Assembly (NCBI RefSeq): GCF_902652985.1
Contig: NC_047025.1
Location: 29,326,001-29,390,000 of the forward strand
Length of the DNA stretch: 64,000 bases
Reading direction: 5' to 3'
DNA from: Pecten maximus
Lineage: Eukaryota
Of this stretch, positions 58,424 through 64,000 are shown piece by piece; positions within the stretch are counted from its first letter, which is position 1; each line of letters starts with the position of its first letter. The notes beneath the pieces are model-generated. The model saw nothing but the letters and a program-made list of their open reading frames with translations. It ran no database searches and was not told where the DNA came from. The translations under genes were made by a program, and so were the position numbers.

Positions 58424-60789
58424 AAGAGATTCCAGAGGGATCTTGGTGCCCACAATTGAGTTATCTTTATCAATCCTGTGAAAGACTGACTAACGTTCTA
58501 TAAAGTTAACAAGAGGCCCATGGGGCCTGTATCGCTCACCTGGTTGGATTAGACCAAATGTCGAAATAATGTTCATATTTAATTTGTTTTATTTGTAAAA
58601 CTCTAACAATGCTATATATGGTTATAGTGTGGGAATCCGAACTGCTTTAAAGATTAATGAAGTCCAGACTCTCTAAGGTCTGAAAGACCTCAAGAATTGT
58701 TTATAGAACAGGCATTCATCACTTTATGACTAGTAGTGATTTAAAGGAATTACCTTTATTTCACCTATTGGGCCCCGCCCCTTTGGCCATTCGGGGGTCA
58801 GAGTCACCATTTATGCAAAATATGTTCCCCTGTTTCTGACCAAATTGGGTTCAAATCCATTCATAACTTGATGACTAGTAGCGATTCAAAGGAATTACCT
58901 CTATTTCCCGCACTGGGCCCCGCCCTTTTGGCCCCTTTAGGGTCAGAGCCACCATTTATGCAAAATCTCTTCCCCTTCCCCCAAGGATGTTTCTGACCAA
59001 ATTGGGTTCAAATCCATTCATAACTTTATGACTAGTAGCAATTTAAAGGAATTACCTCTATTTCCCCTATTGGGCCCCACCCCTTTGGCCCCTCCGGGGT
59101 CAGAGCCACCATTTATGCAAAATCTGTTCCCCTTCCCCAAGGATGTTTCTGACCAAATTTGGTTCAAATCCATTCATAACTTTATGACTAGTAGCGATTC
59201 AAAGGAATTACCTCTATTTCCCCCACTGGGCCATGCCCTTTTGGCCCCTTTAGGGTCAGAGTCACCATTTATGCAAAATCTGTTCCCCTTCCCCCAAGGA
59301 TGTTTCGGACCAAACTGGGTTCAAATCCATTCATAACTTTATGACAAGTAGCGATTTAAAGGAATTACTTCTATTTCCCCTATTGGGCCCCGCCCCTTTG
59401 GCCTCTAGGGGGTCAGAATCACCATTTATGCAAAATCTGTTCCCCTTCCCCCAAGGATGTTTCTGACCAAATTGGGTTCAAATCCATTCATAACTTTATG
59501 ACTAGTAGAGATTTAGAGGAATTACATCTATTTTCCATATTTGGCCCTGCCCCTTTGGCCTCTCGGGGGTCAGAATCACCATTTATGCAAAATCTGTTCC
59601 CCTTCCCCCAAGGGTGTTTCTGACCAAATTTGGTTCAAATCCATTCATAACTTTATGACTAGTAGTGATTTAAAGGAATTACCTTTATTTCCCCTATTGG
59701 GCCCCGCCCCTTTGGTCCCTTTGGGGTCAGAGCCACCATTTATGCAAAATCTGTTCCCCTTCCCCCAAGGATGTTTCTGACCAAATTGGGTTCAAATCCA
59801 TTCATAACTTTATGACTAGTAGAGACTTACAGGAATTACCTCTATTTCTCATATTTGGCCCCGCCCCTTTGGCCCCTCGGGGGTCAGAATCACCATTTAT
59901 GCAAAATCTGTTCCTATTCTGCCAAGGATGTTTCTAGCCAAATTTGGTCAAAATTCAATAAGAACTTTATGACTAGTAGCGATTTGAAGCAAATGTTGAC
60001 GAACGGACGGACGACGGACGGACGCCGCGCCATGGCATAAGCTCACCGGACCTTCGGCCCAGGTGAGCTAAAAACAGATATAAGAAGAACAAATAAGACA
60101 TAAATATATATATCAATAACAAATTTCCGCTGTAAAAATCAAAGATGGCCACCTTTTGGCAATTTTGTTTTAAATTTGAATGGGTATATGAGTTTTGAGA
60201 TATATCCGTCCATGCAGTACTTCTCGAGAAATTATGTTTGATAATAAACTTTCATTGTTACAATCTTAGATGGCCATTTGTTGGCCATTTTGTTTTATCT
60301 AATTAGTCCCAACATCTGAAAAGAGCACAACTAGGAACCATTAGAAATCTACATATGAAGTTTGAGAAAGATCCTCTTCTTGAAAAATACCAATAACAAA
60401 CTTTCAGTGTCAAAATCTGAGATGCTGCCTGTCAGCCATTTCGTTTTCTTTTTTTTTATCAGTCAAAAAATCAAAAGGGCACAACCAGGGACCAAGAGGA
60501 ACCTACATATGAAATTTGAGAAAGATCCACTTCTTTCAGTGTCAAAATCCAATTTGGCCACCTGTCAGCCATTTAGTTTTTGCTTTTTTTATCAGTCCAA
60601 AAATCAAATGGGCACATCCAGGGACCAAGAGGAACATACATATGAAATTTGAGAAAGTTTCAGAACTTCTAGAGAAATAATGATTACAAATTTTCATTAT
60701 CGAAATCTAGGACAGAGTTTATGTCCGACGAGCAGATAACACCATAATTATATTAATGCTTCTGTCAAATTTTGACAGACGTATCAAAA
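58424..60789 (-). mobile_element. Older Helentron-type non-autonomous element interrupted by the 58508-60071 element
   Basis: Hairpin AAGAGATTCCAGAGGGATCTT at 58424, degenerate units (GCCATTT..AGGGACCAAGAGGAAC.TACATATGAAATTTGAGAAAG) at 60130-60700, terminal hairpin TCTGTCAAATTTTGACAGA at about 60761-60779. Confidence 0.5.
58508..60071 (-). mobile_element. Intact non-autonomous Helentron-type element (HINE/pearl-like) with about 8 x 156-157-bp tandem repeats
   Basis: Ends AACAAGAGGCCCATGGGGCCT + GCTCACCTGG and AGCTCACCGGACCTTCGGCCCAGGTGAGCTAA. (GACG)n microsatellite at about 59998-60024. Repeat starts at 59023, 59179, 59336. Confidence 0.88.
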
Positions 60790-61378
60790 TATTACCTTAT
60801 TTATCCTGTTATCTGACCCCATTAGGTTAAACACATAAATTTGACAGAGCTAAATATATAAATTATTAGGGCAACTATAACTGTACAAGTATATCTTTAT
60901 TTTTTAACACATCATATTTATAAATCCCAGTATTATTCCAAAAGTTATTGTCGCAAAAATACTTCTCTAAACATGAATAGTGTGCTGTAGTATCATTCAT
61001 GTGGCTAGTTATGTCATTGCAGGTAACTAGGCCAATATAACAGTACTCGGACTATCTCGCGTCATATATTCAAGTATTTTCCAAATTTGACTAAGATTAA
61101 TTATACAAGGTCGGTCCCTATATCATCATGACCTACATCAAATATGATCAAGAAGGTTGCTGTGTCCGTACTGTAATCATGTCGTAAGAGAAAAACGAAA
61201 GTAAGATGTGCCGTTAAACCGGACTAATCCTTCTTTCTATTTCCTGCTTAGAATTCGCTTAACGATCACAGAAACGCTTGAAAATCAACTCATTTTGTAA
61301 GCGCATTACGCACCTAGATTCCATTATTTGCCATCTTTTCCTCCTCGTGGTTTTGTCTTGTTCAAAGTACTTGTCGAT

Positions 61379-61868
61379 ATGTATCTGATGTATTACCTCA
61401 ACGGAAAGGGAGACAGGGTCTACACATTGAAGGTAGCTATTTTATGATCAGGTTTTATTAAAAACATTTGTATTAGTGATACGGCAGTGATACTGTAGAC
61501 GATCAGATTACGACAGAGTATGCGGACTTCCAGTGGTCATGGTGGTGTAATAATGGACCTGCAATCAGCTTTACCTTCTCACTATCAAGTAATTATAAGA
61601 TGGAATTAAAATTTTACCAAGCAGAGCAGAAATAATTCATTATATATATCTACAGGTAAACTATATATCAAAGAAAAGTTGTTGCTTTAAGTTGATACTA
61701 ATTTTGATGTTTGTATTTATATTACAGAGAGAGGATCCTGAAGGGAACCCTACTTTCTCTGCCCACCCAGCTAGATTTTCCCCAGATGATAAGTACTCTA
61801 GACATCGGGTGACAATCAAGAAGAGGTTTGGAATTCTTCCAACACAACAGCCAAAGCAGGTGTATTGA
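61379..61868 (+). CDS. NOP10: H/ACA ribonucleoprotein complex subunit 3, 2 exons, 64 aa
   Basis: Exons 61379-61432 and 61728-61868 give [64 protein letters not shown]. Not in the ORF track. Confidence 0.96.
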
Positions 61869-63567
61869 TGGGGCAGCAGTGAGATATTTGGCAGAACAAT
61901 ATAAGTTTCAAAGTCCATTGTACATTATCACTAAAAGTACCAACCATCTGTGTCTCAACATTCGGAAGTGCTGCAGTTTTTCAAACAACCAGTTCCATTT
62001 CTATGTGATGTGTTTGGATAACAGATCGAACATGATTATAAAGTAAAAACTCATTGTTGTGACATTTTCAGCTGAATGTGACTTTATTCTAATGGATGGA
62101 CAAACAATTTCATAAAGAAAATGATGGGACTCAAGATTTTTCATCTTGTCTATAGAGAGAGCGAGTGTGAAAGGAAAATGTATTTTACTGTAAATAAAGA
62201 GTAAAAAAGATATATTCTTCTGTTGAAATTCTGGGGGGAAATTGTCCTGGCATTTATTTTGATTGTTACAGTACGTAAGGGGTGTAGATCAAGTCACAAC
62301 CAATCATTTTGTCTGAATATTAATACATTGTTTTATAGAAACATTTTCACAATCCGCAATATACATTAGACTTTGATGTAATTTTTACTATAGATGGTTA
62401 ACACTTCGTTAATTATTTCTTTGAAATTGGTTGGTTTAATGAATAGTAAGTAATTTGCTCCATTGCATGTACATGTATTACTGTAGGCGGTTTAGTTAAG
62501 TTTTGAATAATAAATAATGGATAAGTCCATTTCATCTTCCTTTTATTTGCATTCTGTTGAGTAATCATAATTCATTAAAAAAGGTTTTGTTGTGAATGTG
62601 CATCCAACACTGACTTCCCAAGGATTGAGTTCCTGGTGAAAGTCTGATAAAAGTACTGAGTCAACAGGATTTTATATCATTACCTCGCAAATGGTACACA
62701 AGCTATATCAGTGCATGGCTACATGATGATGGACATAGTCATTAGACATGATATGGATCTTAATCATAATTAAAACATCTCATATTAAACTGGGGTCAGA
62801 TAAAATACTTCCGAGTTTCATAGTTAATTTAAGGGAAATAACTCCAACATAAAGCTGGCAGAATGCAAAATCTTGACATTATTGATAGTTTACTGAATAC
62901 ACTATAAAGCATGGATGTTTTATTTGGAAGATACTGTTAAAATTATTTTACTGAAGTAAATGAGCATGATTTCTTTGAGCTTGAGAAGCTATTACAAATA
63001 ATATACTCTTTCAATGGAATGGGGATAAATGGATAGGCCCTGGATTTAATGATAGATCATCTTTAATTTGTGCATTTACTATTTTCTAGGCAGTTGATTA
63101 GGGTTTCTTGACACAGTTAGTACAGGAAATTCTGTAGTATTTCTAGTTACCTAGCTAAGAGAACCAGATTTGTGTAACAGAAAAGGGAAAATATGTTGCC
63201 AAACAGATTTTAGGGACCTCACTTCCGAACCACAAAGTAGATCAAACTTTTACTCTTACTAAAGATAGATGCTGTTTAATACAAATTTTGAGTTGTAAAC
63301 AGCAGAGACATTGATTTAAACTGTATCGTGATTCATCCTTCCATGACTGTCGGTGATGTGACCGATTACCAGGTAAGACAAATCTGTGGTGATGATAAGG
63401 AACTGAAAAGCGACTGAGGATACTCGATGCAGGTCAACAATGTCACAATCTTGATGGGATATATTAGCCCCATAACTCTTCATTTAATTCAATTTAATTC
63501 TGTTTACAGTTATGAATATGTTTATATAATGTTTTAGGTAATTTCTTTTATATATATATATAGATAC

Positions 63568-63671
63568 ATGGAAAAATTAAAAAAATGACTCAGACAACAT
63601 CTAACGTTTTCGTCCCGTCTAGGGACGAAAACATTAGATGTTGTCTGAGTCATTTTTTTTAATTTTTCCAT
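63568..63671. repeat. Near-perfect inverted repeat (about 49-bp arms, 5-nt loop)
   Basis: ATGGAAAAATTAAAAAAATGACTCAGACAACATCTAACGTTTTCGTCCC GTCTA GGGACGAAAACATTAGATGTTGTCTGAGTCATTTTTTTTAATTTTTCCAT. Confidence 0.9.
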
Positions 63672-64000
63672 ATATTTTCTTCCACAAGGACTACTATTAT
63701 TTTTTCTCTATATAGATATATGTATATATAATTACGTCATACTAAGAACGATACCAAAATGTTACACAAATTATGTACGGGTGGCCTCCTGTAGAAGCTT
63801 TCATTGCACATACTGGTCACAAGAAATCAAGAGAAAACATAATATCCCAATAAAGTTACTTCTTATGATCATGCAATGGAGGCAGCACATACAATTCTCA
63901 CACCCGTGTCGTCTGATCTACAAGAGTTAATTCCCTTTAATTCTGAAGACCATTCTTGAATTTTGAATTCTGCTGCAGTTTTATCTTGATTATTAGACCT

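Noticed and set aside
59028-60652. Pro-rich ORFs
   Set aside because: Derived from internal tandem repeats of Helentron-type elements; no helicase or Rep motifs.
61433-61727. Intronic snoRNA in NOP10
   Set aside because: No convincing C/D boxes with a terminal stem or H/ACA hairpin pair could be read by eye; a snoscan, snoGPS or Infernal search would be needed.

Overview
AT-rich, intron-rich animal DNA, most likely a bivalve mollusc (inferred from the V-domain SINE and the Helentron-type elements). It has two assembly gaps (51335-51615, 52207-52306). Six spliced or intronless genes could be reconstructed by hand: PLA2G15 (+, 6 exons), SOCS6 (-, intronless), GPATCH1 (+, 19 exons, with a frameshift and premature stop in exon 8), HSBP1 (-, 3 exons, with a U12 AT-AC intron), GGCT (-, 3 coding exons) and NOP10 (+, 2 exons). 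SOCS6/GPATCH1 and probably GGCT/NOP10 are head-to-head pairs. The most striking non-genic signal is two divergent miniature LTR retroelements (TRIMs, about 380 and 450 bp) whose LTRs contain a tRNA-like Pol III module. They share a His-like primer-binding site, the LTR end CCTATTACA and an internal CCTGGGTTGTG-hairpin motif. Other notable features are a satellite that grew out of a GPATCH1 exon/5' splice-site junction, a MITE inserted into a splice donor, TA-flanked micro-insertions trapped in satellites, an array of alternating palindromes upstream of HSBP1, several minisatellites with higher-order structure, and hAT, Crypton, mariner and CR1/L2 remnants. All homology calls come from recalled family motifs, not database searches.
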